Positions 47,924 through 55,719 of a stretch of DNA of 60,601 nucleotides are shown in pieces; position 1 is the stretch's first letter, and each line of letters opens with the position of its first letter. Source of the stretch: a virus. Lineage: Duplodnaviria; Caudoviricetes. The stretch is from positions 1 through 60,601 of IMG/VR virus record IMGVR_UViG_3300030012_003336; one strand, written 5' to 3'. The notes below the pieces were generated by a model that did not search any database, had not been told where the DNA came from, and saw nothing but the letters and a program-made list of their open reading frames with translations. A program made the position numbers and the translations under genes.

Positions 47924-48448
47924 AGGAGATCGCAAGCTTTTTAGAGGGATGTGATAGCCGCTGGCTCGATACATAAAACCACTAGAATCTTCGTCGCCGC
48001 GCTTCTTAAACTCACCTTCAGTGAGCAAAGCTTTCCTAGTTACCCACCCCAACAGCCACGCTTTTGTTAAGTCTTTGTCTACACGGACAAAGTAGTAGTA
48101 ACTGGCTTTTGGAGTTACTTTGGCCGCACAGTTAACAGAAGCCGTGTAGTGCGGCAAGGGAGGTGATCCGCAGGTTTTTGACTTAACGTCTATCTTGCGG
48201 CGACCGAGAACAAAATCATGGTCTAAACTTGTCCCACCGACGTACGACGCTTCAGGATACAAATGTTCAAACGCAAGCTCCCCTAAGAAACCGGTCATGC
48301 GGCCAGCCCCATAGGTAAACGAGTTGGGTAACACCCCCTGTCGTTTACTCCGCTGAAAAGCAATTTTTATGTCTTCTGGCGCGGGCTCAAAAACCACAAA
48401 CTTGCACCCCTTTTCCTTTGAGAATTGAGGGGGCAAGGGGCGTTTCAT
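47909..48448 (-). CDS. PD-(D/E)XK nuclease-like protein
   Basis: GFLGELAF, DHDF, IDVKSK. Confidence 0.7.
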   Translation of the reverse strand: MKRPLPPQFSKEKGCKFVVFEPAPEDIKIAFQRSKRQGVLPNSFTYGAGRMTGFLGELAFEHLYPEASYVGGTSLDHDFVLGRRKIDVKSKTCGSPPLPHYTASVNCAAKVTPKASYYYFVRVDKDLTKAWLLGWVTRKALLTEGEFKKRGDEDSSGFMYRASGYHIPLKSLRSPLSWK

Positions 48449-48745
48449 TTACCAGAGGTGTTTACAGGCCCAATATCGAGCCGTAGTTTTATCTTTAGCT
48501 GTTGAACACCGCATCCTTGATCTAAAGTTGGCGCGGCGTTTGGGGTCTTTGTGCGTTCTAAAATCTTCGTAATCGCGATGCCCGTAAGATATTTTGCGGA
48601 TTTTATTTCCCTGTTTTGCAAGAACTATGAACTTCTTCTTGCTACCTTTAGGGGCTCGCTTTGGTTTGTTTATACCAGGAAAAGTCTCGCCTCGATACGA
48701 GATCTTTCCTGAAGGTAATCTTTTGAATTGTCTTTTAGTAGCCAC
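48449..48745 (-). CDS. Basic protein (DUF5754-like)
   Basis: KKKF.V..ISYG..DYEDF..HKDPKRRANFRSR..ARYWA..LW. Confidence 0.7.
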   Translation of the reverse strand: MATKRQFKRLPSGKISYRGETFPGINKPKRAPKGSKKKFIVLAKQGNKIRKISYGHRDYEDFRTHKDPKRRANFRSRMRCSTAKDKTTARYWACKHLW

Positions 48746-49007
48746 GAGGAACTTCTTTCTTCATTCGGGCTTCAACGGCCTTTTCAAAAGGAGCGTCATC
48801 CTTTTCTGACTTTTTATTAGCCGTTTTTTTCTTTGCCGTTTTCTTCTTAGCTTTTTTCTGAGCCTCTTTAGAAAGCTCATCAAAATGAAAAAGTTTTTGG
48901 CTGTTTTTGTTATGAGATGAACCTGTATGGACCTCTCCATTTGGCATCTTATGAGTGCCCCCCTTATGAAGGGTTCCGTCTTTTAGGTAATGTGCTACAC
49001 CTTTCAT
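48735..49007 (-). CDS. Basic His/Lys-rich protein
   Basis: HYLKDG..HKMPNG..HTG. Confidence 0.75.
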   Translation of the reverse strand: MKGVAHYLKDGTLHKGGTHKMPNGEVHTGSSHNKNSQKLFHFDELSKEAQKKAKKKTAKKKTANKKSEKDDAPFEKAVEARMKKEVPRGY

Positions 49008-49015
49008 GGTTATTG

Positions 49016-49417
49016 TTATCTAGTTGCTTTTATAAATGCTCTTCTTTCAGCCTTGGTATACTTAGCCCGTTGTTTTCCAGCCCGGGTCGCTTTTCTTTTA
49101 GCTCTGTTACCTGCTGCTCGCTGTGACTTAGTTAACATCTTGCGAGCTTTTCTTGGCAAATAACGCTCGCCCGTTTCTGATGATTTTTTACCGGAACTGG
49201 TTCCCCAATCTTGTTTAGACCACTTGCGTAATTTATTTCCGGATTTTCTTTTACCTTTATAACGACCCCCTCTTTTCTTGTAAATTTTAGTCGCGAGCTG
49301 CATTGCTCGAGCAGAATGCTTCCCTCCCATTCTTCGTTTAGCTTCAGCTTTAGCTTGAGCCCAAAGTTTTGGATTGGACTTAGTCGCAGTCCCTGAAGTT
49401 TTCTTTTTTCTACTCAT
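49016..49417 (-). CDS. Very basic protein (DUF5872-like)
   Basis: SARAMQL..YKKRGG.Y..KWSKQDW..ERYLP. Confidence 0.7.
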   Translation of the reverse strand: MSRKKKTSGTATKSNPKLWAQAKAEAKRRMGGKHSARAMQLATKIYKKRGGRYKGKRKSGNKLRKWSKQDWGTSSGKKSSETGERYLPRKARKMLTKSQRAAGNRAKRKATRAGKQRAKYTKAERRAFIKATR

Positions 49418-49725
49418 GCTTTAAATCGCTTACAAAATCTTTCCCAAGGTCCAAAAAATAATTCTTCCAAACATACTACTACAGATTCTTCGGCGAATGT
49501 GTCTAGACGATCTAAACCGGAAAAAGCAAAGCAAGCGTGCAGCATTTCATGCCTTACAGTCGCTTTGACCTCTGCTGGTTTTAAATTAGAATCTACGACA
49601 ATAGTTTTTCGTTCGTGTGAGTAATACCCAAAATATCCCTTTGAACGGCCGTTCTCATCGCTCAAATCTTCCCGGACTATCTTAACAGGAACTCCTGCTA
49701 TATGGACTGATTTGGGGAGAGTCAT
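49414..49725 (-). CDS. Small zincin-like (HEXXH) protein
   Basis: TVRHEMLHA..EE. Confidence 0.75.
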   Translation of the reverse strand: MTLPKSVHIAGVPVKIVREDLSDENGRSKGYFGYYSHERKTIVVDSNLKPAEVKATVRHEMLHACFAFSGLDRLDTFAEESVVVCLEELFFGPWERFCKRFKA

Positions 49726-50279
49726 CCGTCTGCGAATTTATTTATAGCTCTGGCAAATACTCCGGCGAGTTTGCCCCTATTATTATTAATTTTCTGCCAC
49801 TCGTCGCAGTTACTTCCGAAGAATGGCTCGGCCAAAACGCACGGGACCGGAGTCTTGCGAAGAGCGTAACTGCCCCTCTGATTTTTGGCTCTAGGTTTAG
49901 CCCCCCTAGATTTCATCTCAGGGTATGTAATCTGCATTTCGTCCCTTAAAGCGTAAGCTAACCGTGCCCCTTCTTTGCTCGTGTGCCAATACAACCACTC
50001 ATGCCCCTCGGCCTTAGGACCTGCTGAATTGAAATGAAATTCAACGACCGCATCGACTTTGTCTTCAGTTAACTTCCGAGACAGGTAATTTATTCCTCCA
50101 ACATAACTACGGGCTACATAGTCATCGTAAATTACATAATCTACTTGTAAGCCTGGCAAAATCCTACGGACTAAATCGCAATTAAACTGCCACTCAGAAA
50201 TAGAGTAACCTGACTCCCTTGAAGTCATAGCTCCTTCATCTCCTTTGCGAGAGTGTCCTACAGCCAAACCAATTTTCAT
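49722..50279 (-). CDS. Endolysin, N-acetylmuramoyl-L-alanine amidase (Amidase_3)
   Basis: VGHS, SE..FN, EFHFNS, LAEPFF. Confidence 0.9.
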   Translation of the reverse strand: MKIGLAVGHSRKGDEGAMTSRESGYSISEWQFNCDLVRRILPGLQVDYVIYDDYVARSYVGGINYLSRKLTEDKVDAVVEFHFNSAGPKAEGHEWLYWHTSKEGARLAYALRDEMQITYPEMKSRGAKPRAKNQRGSYALRKTPVPCVLAEPFFGSNCDEWQKINNNRGKLAGVFARAINKFADG

Positions 50280-50440
50280 TTCTTAATGATCCTGTAAAGA
50301 GATGCTAGCCCAACCGCTATACCCACTACTAAAGACCCTACCCGTAACCAATACTCGAATTGCTCCTGCATACTTGTAACCAGCCCTATGACGGGGGCGG
50401 CCATGCCTATCAACGAATCAAATATTCTAGTGTTGATCAT
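50276..50440 (-). CDS. Holin-like membrane protein (54 aa, not in ORF track)
   Basis: Two hydrophobic segments, basic C-terminus RIIKK, ATGA overlap with the amidase. Confidence 0.6.
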   Translation of the reverse strand: MINTRIFDSLIGMAAPVIGLVTSMQEQFEYWLRVGSLVVGIAVGLASLYRIIKK

Positions 50441-50673
50441 TTTCCGCCAATAATAATTGCTCGTTGATAACTGTAATCAGAATGAAATTTATGATTTTTT
50501 CGTCCGATTAAAGTTCCTTCTACAAAAGAATAAGGAACCCCCTCTACTAGAGTAATCGTTGGGGGATCATAAAGAGCGGAGTCGTTTACGCTCTCTGCGA
50601 ATTCTTCGTGCCATACGTTCGAGGAGCAGCTTACTAGAAGGACTACCGTCAGCAGCCAAACGAGCAAGCTCAT
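50437..50673 (-). CDS. Lipoprotein, candidate o-spanin
   Basis: MSLLVWLLTVVLLVSC lipobox; 5' part overlaps the upstream gene in another frame. Confidence 0.55.
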   Translation of the reverse strand: MSLLVWLLTVVLLVSCSSNVWHEEFAESVNDSALYDPPTITLVEGVPYSFVEGTLIGRKNHKFHSDYSYQRAIIIGGK

Positions 50674-50767
50674 CTTCCAGCTCGTCAATGCGCCGGTCTC
50701 TTTTGAACCTGACACTTTCGATGTAAGCATTGAGTGCAGCAGTTAAAAGTTGAACAAAGGATTTCAC
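50567..50767 (-). CDS. Candidate i-spanin-like protein
   Basis: Weakly hydrophobic N-terminus plus coiled coil; overlaps the lipoprotein gene. Confidence 0.45.
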   Translation of the reverse strand: MKSFVQLLTAALNAYIESVRFKRDRRIDELEDELARLAADGSPSSKLLLERMARRIRRERKRLRSL

Positions 50768-50943
50768 TTGCTCTTAGCTTTGCCCACATTGAGCGCAAGC
50801 CATGAAATGACTGCTGAAGCGCGGGAAACCCACTTATTGTCGCTTTCGTTCGGAGTCAATGTAGCAACAAGAGAAGCTACGGCGATTACACTCGCTGCGA
50901 TTTGAAGCAGGGTGTCTACGTTTGCTGTAATGTATTCGATCAT
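50764..50943 (-). CDS. Holin-like membrane protein (59 aa, not in ORF track)
   Basis: Hydrophobic helix, TPNESDNKW, LALNVGKAK. Confidence 0.6.
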   Translation of the reverse strand: MIEYITANVDTLLQIAASVIAVASLVATLTPNESDNKWVSRASAVISWLALNVGKAKSK

Positions 50944-50954
50944 ATAATTGGGGG

Positions 50955-52307
50955 TTACATCATGTTAAGTAAAACTCCCCCAGAGCCTGAGGGATCAATC
51001 CGCACTGCGGGTTTGGCTGCTCCACGGTGAGCATCAAGTTGTTCATCAAGGACCGCCCGGCACACTCCCCAATGGTAGTTAGCTCGCTCAAGGTCTGCAT
51101 TCTCCTCCGCCGTGTTTCCTAGCAGCGCATGTTTGATAGCGTTCAAACTAGATATGTGAACTAGATCATCTTGATCTAAGAAAGGAATAAATTTACGCTT
51201 CAACAAAAGTCGCAAGTTTGATTTTTGATTTTCGAGCGTATCTACGCGGTACCTTCGATAACGACTCACTTTGTTTGGTTGACGAACGGTAGCGAGCTGC
51301 GTCGTGGCGTAATGATATATTTTATTAGGTAAGGGGTTGCCTGAACTATCTGTCCCTCCGGTTGACCAAGTTATTGCGGCTGAAGTTGCCCTAGCCAAAT
51401 ATATGTTGTGTGGCGTAGATGTTGTGTCTACGCCGCCTACCGCAAACAAACTGGGGACAGCATCTAAGTCTACGCCGCCTTGCTCCTGCCACCCAACAAA
51501 CGACAAAAAATCCCCTTCTTTAACAGACGAGGCATCGGTCACAGGGACAGTTATTGTTGTTGAAGAACTAAATGAACCTGTGCCACCTCCTTGTTTAATT
51601 GTAGTCCCACTGAGAGTTAATTCTTGGTCAGCAGGATTAGTCGTTACATAATATGCAACAACCTTCACTTCTTGCCCAAGATCGAGCCCTTGTGTTTTAA
51701 CCTCTAAAATCTCAGAAACATCTGAGTCGGCTCCCGCTAAAAATTGTTGGCCGTTAAGATTAAATGTTTCTGTTTTAATCCCCGCTTTTACCTTAAACAC
51801 AACAGTTATTTTACGAGAATCTGATACAGTGGGGGGAAGAGAAAGATCAGGGAAAGATGGGGTGATGATTAGATAATAACCTTGAGAGGCCGGAGTGATA
51901 TCTGAAATAGGCTTTAATTCATTCTGCGTAGAGGTGTATCCGTCATCAACAATCCCGAACGATGATAGAGTGTTTTCCCCAGTCTTATCATTCCTACCGA
52001 CGATATTGTAATCGTGGAACTGAGACCTAATTCGTTGAGGATACGAATGATCCACGGTATCTCCGGTCGGATCGAGTAATGCCGCAACAATTGACTCAGC
52101 ATGATCCGGAATAGTAAAAGTTCCGTCCTCAGTAGAAACTGTATGCTCGAATAATAAATCTCTCCACATCCCCATATTATACAAACGGGGGAGCGCAAGG
52201 TTCAGTTCTTCCCTAAAAATAGGTGCGCCTTCAATGCCTTGTGCGGCAGGAGACCCACATACAGATCGGAGAGCTTCGGTTACGCCCTGGACGGTAAGGG
52301 TAGCCAT
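50955..52307 (-). CDS. Putative head-tail adaptor/tail protein
   Basis: ATG 52307 preceded by TTGACC-17-TAGGTT; helical termini around a beta-rich middle; tail module. Confidence 0.55.
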   Translation of the reverse strand: MATLTVQGVTEALRSVCGSPAAQGIEGAPIFREELNLALPRLYNMGMWRDLLFEHTVSTEDGTFTIPDHAESIVAALLDPTGDTVDHSYPQRIRSQFHDYNIVGRNDKTGENTLSSFGIVDDGYTSTQNELKPISDITPASQGYYLIITPSFPDLSLPPTVSDSRKITVVFKVKAGIKTETFNLNGQQFLAGADSDVSEILEVKTQGLDLGQEVKVVAYYVTTNPADQELTLSGTTIKQGGGTGSFSSSTTITVPVTDASSVKEGDFLSFVGWQEQGGVDLDAVPSLFAVGGVDTTSTPHNIYLARATSAAITWSTGGTDSSGNPLPNKIYHYATTQLATVRQPNKVSRYRRYRVDTLENQKSNLRLLLKRKFIPFLDQDDLVHISSLNAIKHALLGNTAEENADLERANYHWGVCRAVLDEQLDAHRGAAKPAVRIDPSGSGGVLLNMM

Positions 52308-52368
52308 GCCCAAACCTATCAAATATAGGGTCAAGGGTCAAGATTGCGCCCCCTTACAAAGTATTGAA

Positions 52369-53502
52369 TTATGAGTGTGTTCTATCAAGGACGACAGGTC
52401 GCCAACAAACATCTGAAGACACTTCTTGTTTGATCCTATTATCATTGGTTACCGACCCGAGCTTTACGCGGTAGGTCCCTTCCGTGCTACTATTTTCAGG
52501 ATCATCATCAAGCCTATCAGTAATTGCACTGCCAATCCCTATACCAGATATGGGGGAGGTGCCGGGATCACCTACTTGCACCCAACATTTTTGCACTACA
52601 GGACTTAATTCAAGGTCCACTTTCCAAACCAAATAAATGTCCCCGTAACCAGTAAGTTGGAAATATTCGTTTGGTATCTCACTAGTCATAGGATTTCCAT
52701 CTTCTGTATCTATATTGGGAACTTGCTGCGTTATCTCAGGAATCGCCTGCTGCCCCATCGAATCAACGTGCTCTATTGTAGCACTGCTACCAATCCCCGA
52801 AGCAACTCCGTCTATGGTAAGGCTATGTTTAAGAACACAATCAGGGGCCGTGGTTGTACCATCGGTGTCTTTGACACCTGAGTGATCCGTGTGCCCTAAA
52901 ACAGTTCCCGCCGCAGCATCAGTCCCATTTGGGGCTTTTACACCTGAATGCGTGAGTGCTGCATTAGGCCCATCTGTTACAGTCCCAATTTGGGATACCG
53001 TCGTGTGGCTATGCTGAGATATGCTGTGATCGTGAGAATGAGGATGCACATGGCCGTCGCTAGTATAAGTAGTGCCGATGCCAGAACTAGATGCGGTAGC
53101 CGCGCTCGTATTTATAGGATTAGCTATTCCTGTAGTAGTAGCCCCATTTAAATCAGTTGTATGTGAATGAGTATAGACATGAGTATGAGAATCATGTGGC
53201 GCATGAGAGTGATCCGTGTGATCCTCGTGAGGTTCATGGGAGTGATCGCAATGGTCGTTAACAGAAATGGTCGTTGTCTTGAAATTAGCGATCAAGACAT
53301 CAATCGCCCAGTGGAGTTCCCCGTAGGCAACTTTGGCTCCGGTCTCCCCTCCGTGCATCAACGCGAACGCATGGGGCCGGTGCAACAACGGTCCCGGTGG
53401 GCCGTCATTCTCTGGAGCTTCACTAGAAGCGTCTACAGAACCGTCTGAATAGTTAGTGTTCGATTCCGGCGCGGGGCCTGCGGACTCAATTTCTACCGGC
53501 AT
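52369..53502 (-). CDS. His-rich tail needle/spike-like protein
   Basis: Many HxH motifs (HSH, HTH, HVHPHSHDH) in a Thr/Ser-rich central region. Confidence 0.55.
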   Translation of the reverse strand: MPVEIESAGPAPESNTNYSDGSVDASSEAPENDGPPGPLLHRPHAFALMHGGETGAKVAYGELHWAIDVLIANFKTTTISVNDHCDHSHEPHEDHTDHSHAPHDSHTHVYTHSHTTDLNGATTTGIANPINTSAATASSSGIGTTYTSDGHVHPHSHDHSISQHSHTTVSQIGTVTDGPNAALTHSGVKAPNGTDAAAGTVLGHTDHSGVKDTDGTTTAPDCVLKHSLTIDGVASGIGSSATIEHVDSMGQQAIPEITQQVPNIDTEDGNPMTSEIPNEYFQLTGYGDIYLVWKVDLELSPVVQKCWVQVGDPGTSPISGIGIGSAITDRLDDDPENSSTEGTYRVKLGSVTNDNRIKQEVSSDVCWRPVVLDRTHS

Positions 53503-53507
53503 AATCT

Positions 53508-54791
53508 TTAGGGAATCTCACCTGTTACAGTCTCGACAAGAAAACCCCCTCTGAATGGTCGTGAGCTAGCCGCTACGTTTACCGTGCCCGTAGGCTGGGC
53601 GGTGGGGGTGCTGCCTTGTTCAAAGAAATTTGATGCGTATGCGCCAGGCTTAAAGGTCGGATGATTCGTCCCGACAGTATCAATCAGAGTAAACGGGCGG
53701 GTCAAAACATTCGAGTAACTCAAACGAAATAACGCACCAGAGTAACTACCACTGCGAGGCTTATACGTATCAACGTCACCGAAAGCCGTAAGGGCTGCGT
53801 CCGCGTCAGTCGAATCCTTATACCAGCGTCGATTCACTGTCATTTTTATCGGCCCTGAAAAAGCGTCTTTCTCTTGGGCAGTAACAGAGTTCTGAGTAGC
53901 CCCGTCTCTACGGCTGATAGTCGTGAACTTAAATCCAATCAGTTCTGCGGGGTAAGAGTAATTTTGATTCGTTTTGTACTGATACCCAGCAAGTAAATTT
54001 GATCCTACAATCTGCTGCTTGGTAATCTTCCACCAATCATTAGATAACCGGACTACCTCGTAGTTATATACGCCGTCTTCTGTCTCAGGACTAGATGCTG
54101 TTTCTACTTTTACCCCCCAGTTCGCTCTAGTGGACGCCGAGTCAGCCGCCCATGTAATCGGGTTTGGCGCGGCCGTAGGCACATTGGCCTTAGTAACGAA
54201 GGCTAAAATCTCAGTCGTTTTTAGCTCATCATTGAATTCTAAGTCCGTGTTAAACGAGACCTTGTCCTCGTATTTAATGTAGACCCGCTGCTCAACAACA
54301 AACACCGCGTCGAGCTGCTGCTCTCCGATCCGGCGCTGCTGCCGGGTCATCAAGATATAGTCATCCGAAAACTTGTTCTCGGCATCCGGCATCGGGGTTC
54401 CGGCAGTGTGTGCCGTGTCCGTGTCAGAAAAATCTGACCGCAGGGTAACGTAAGTTCTTACTACCGAATCATAGTCGTTTCCTCCGAGATCGGCCTGGCT
54501 AAACTCAAAGTTGTATTTGTCCTGCTCAGTGCGTTTGGCCGCATAGTAATACTCGTAAAACAATCCGTTCGCGTCGGATTGACGAACGAAGCACAAGATG
54601 TGGTCTGGGTAGCTGTCGGAATCCGGATGCGAGGTTCCGTATGCAGGTATATTCGCAATTATTTCTGTAGGAGTCTTACCAATTTTTTGAGCATCTACGG
54701 TCTCAAAAAATAATAAATCCGATACCTTTGGAGAAACAAAGGTAAGAGCAGATTGCCTCTGTGGGCTGGGCTGGTTCCTCGATACAGGCAC
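53508..54791 (-). CDS. Putative tail structural protein
   Basis: 427 aa, beta-rich; TTGAAA-16-TATACT 6 nt before the GTG. Confidence 0.6.
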   Translation of the reverse strand: MPVSRNQPSPQRQSALTFVSPKVSDLLFFETVDAQKIGKTPTEIIANIPAYGTSHPDSDSYPDHILCFVRQSDANGLFYEYYYAAKRTEQDKYNFEFSQADLGGNDYDSVVRTYVTLRSDFSDTDTAHTAGTPMPDAENKFSDDYILMTRQQRRIGEQQLDAVFVVEQRVYIKYEDKVSFNTDLEFNDELKTTEILAFVTKANVPTAAPNPITWAADSASTRANWGVKVETASSPETEDGVYNYEVVRLSNDWWKITKQQIVGSNLLAGYQYKTNQNYSYPAELIGFKFTTISRRDGATQNSVTAQEKDAFSGPIKMTVNRRWYKDSTDADAALTAFGDVDTYKPRSGSYSGALFRLSYSNVLTRPFTLIDTVGTNHPTFKPGAYASNFFEQGSTPTAQPTGTVNVAASSRPFRGGFLVETVTGEIP

Positions 54792-54829
54792 CCGTCGAGT
54801 ATATTCAAACGGGTATGGATTTCAAGCGG

Positions 54830-55024
54830 TTAAGAGGCGTCTTCAACGTCCTCATCCTCTACTTCTTCAGAAGCTTCCGCAGGATAATCCGCAAATTTAG
54901 AGGCAAGGATAGCGGCTGGTTGCGCGATTCTCACCCCACCAGCAGGAGACTTAACGGCCATGTCGATCAGAGCGACGACCGCGCGGCATTCTTCATCAGT
55001 GAATTCAATAGTTTTGCTCATCAA
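54830..55024 (-). CDS. Small acidic protein (possible fibre chaperone)
   Basis: 64 aa, downstream of the fibre and GT genes. Confidence 0.55.
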   Translation of the reverse strand: MMSKTIEFTDEECRAVVALIDMAVKSPAGGVRIAQPAAILASKFADYPAEASEEVEDEDVEDAS

Positions 55025-55029
55025 AAGAA

Positions 55030-55719
55030 CTAAATAATAAAAGATTTGAGATGTCCAACACGAAGTTTGGGGACTACTAGAGGCTTAATACCAGTGACTT
55101 TGTAGCAATTATTGCAGAAACTTACGTCCTCAAAAGACAGGTCTTCTACGTCAAATATCCTATCTTTGTTATTAGGGTCCACGCATCCCTTCACGCTAAC
55201 GTGATTCAGGGGGTAGTATGGGTATTTCATCTTCTCATAAATAGAACGATGAACTCTGGTAAACCCAAACCCACACCAGTCAACTCGCAACAGCTTGTCG
55301 GATTCTTCCGCTTTCTCCTTCAAAAACTTGGCCGAAGTGAACGGCATATGTAGGTGTTTGCGAAAGTGTTTTTTGTCCCACAGGCCCACCATAGCTGCAT
55401 CAGTGAAGTTGCTTTGATACCACCCCGTAACGAATTTATGTTTATCTTTGATACCGTGTAGGTGCTTAATCTGATCAAGCGTAAATTGAATATCGGAGTC
55501 GATCCAAAACAACCACTCAGCCTCGATCGGTGTGGGGTCCATATAACCTGACCCGCCAGTAGCCAGATGATTCCTAGCAAAGTTGAGAAACATTCCCTGG
55601 CACGTAACAATCTGAGAATTGTTCTCTTCGCACCAAGTATGTAACTCTAAGTATTGCTCGAAAAGCAACCCGTGGATTCCGCGATGATCAATCGGTATTA
55701 AGAAAGCAGTGTCAATCAC
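55030..55719 (-). CDS. GT-A fold (GT2-like) glycosyltransferase
   Basis: ARN, WIDSD (DxD), CGFGF, EDVSFC, VGHLK. Confidence 0.75.
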   Translation of the reverse strand: MIDTAFLIPIDHRGIHGLLFEQYLELHTWCEENNSQIVTCQGMFLNFARNHLATGGSGYMDPTPIEAEWLFWIDSDIQFTLDQIKHLHGIKDKHKFVTGWYQSNFTDAAMVGLWDKKHFRKHLHMPFTSAKFLKEKAEESDKLLRVDWCGFGFTRVHRSIYEKMKYPYYPLNHVSVKGCVDPNNKDRIFDVEDLSFEDVSFCNNCYKVTGIKPLVVPKLRVGHLKSFII

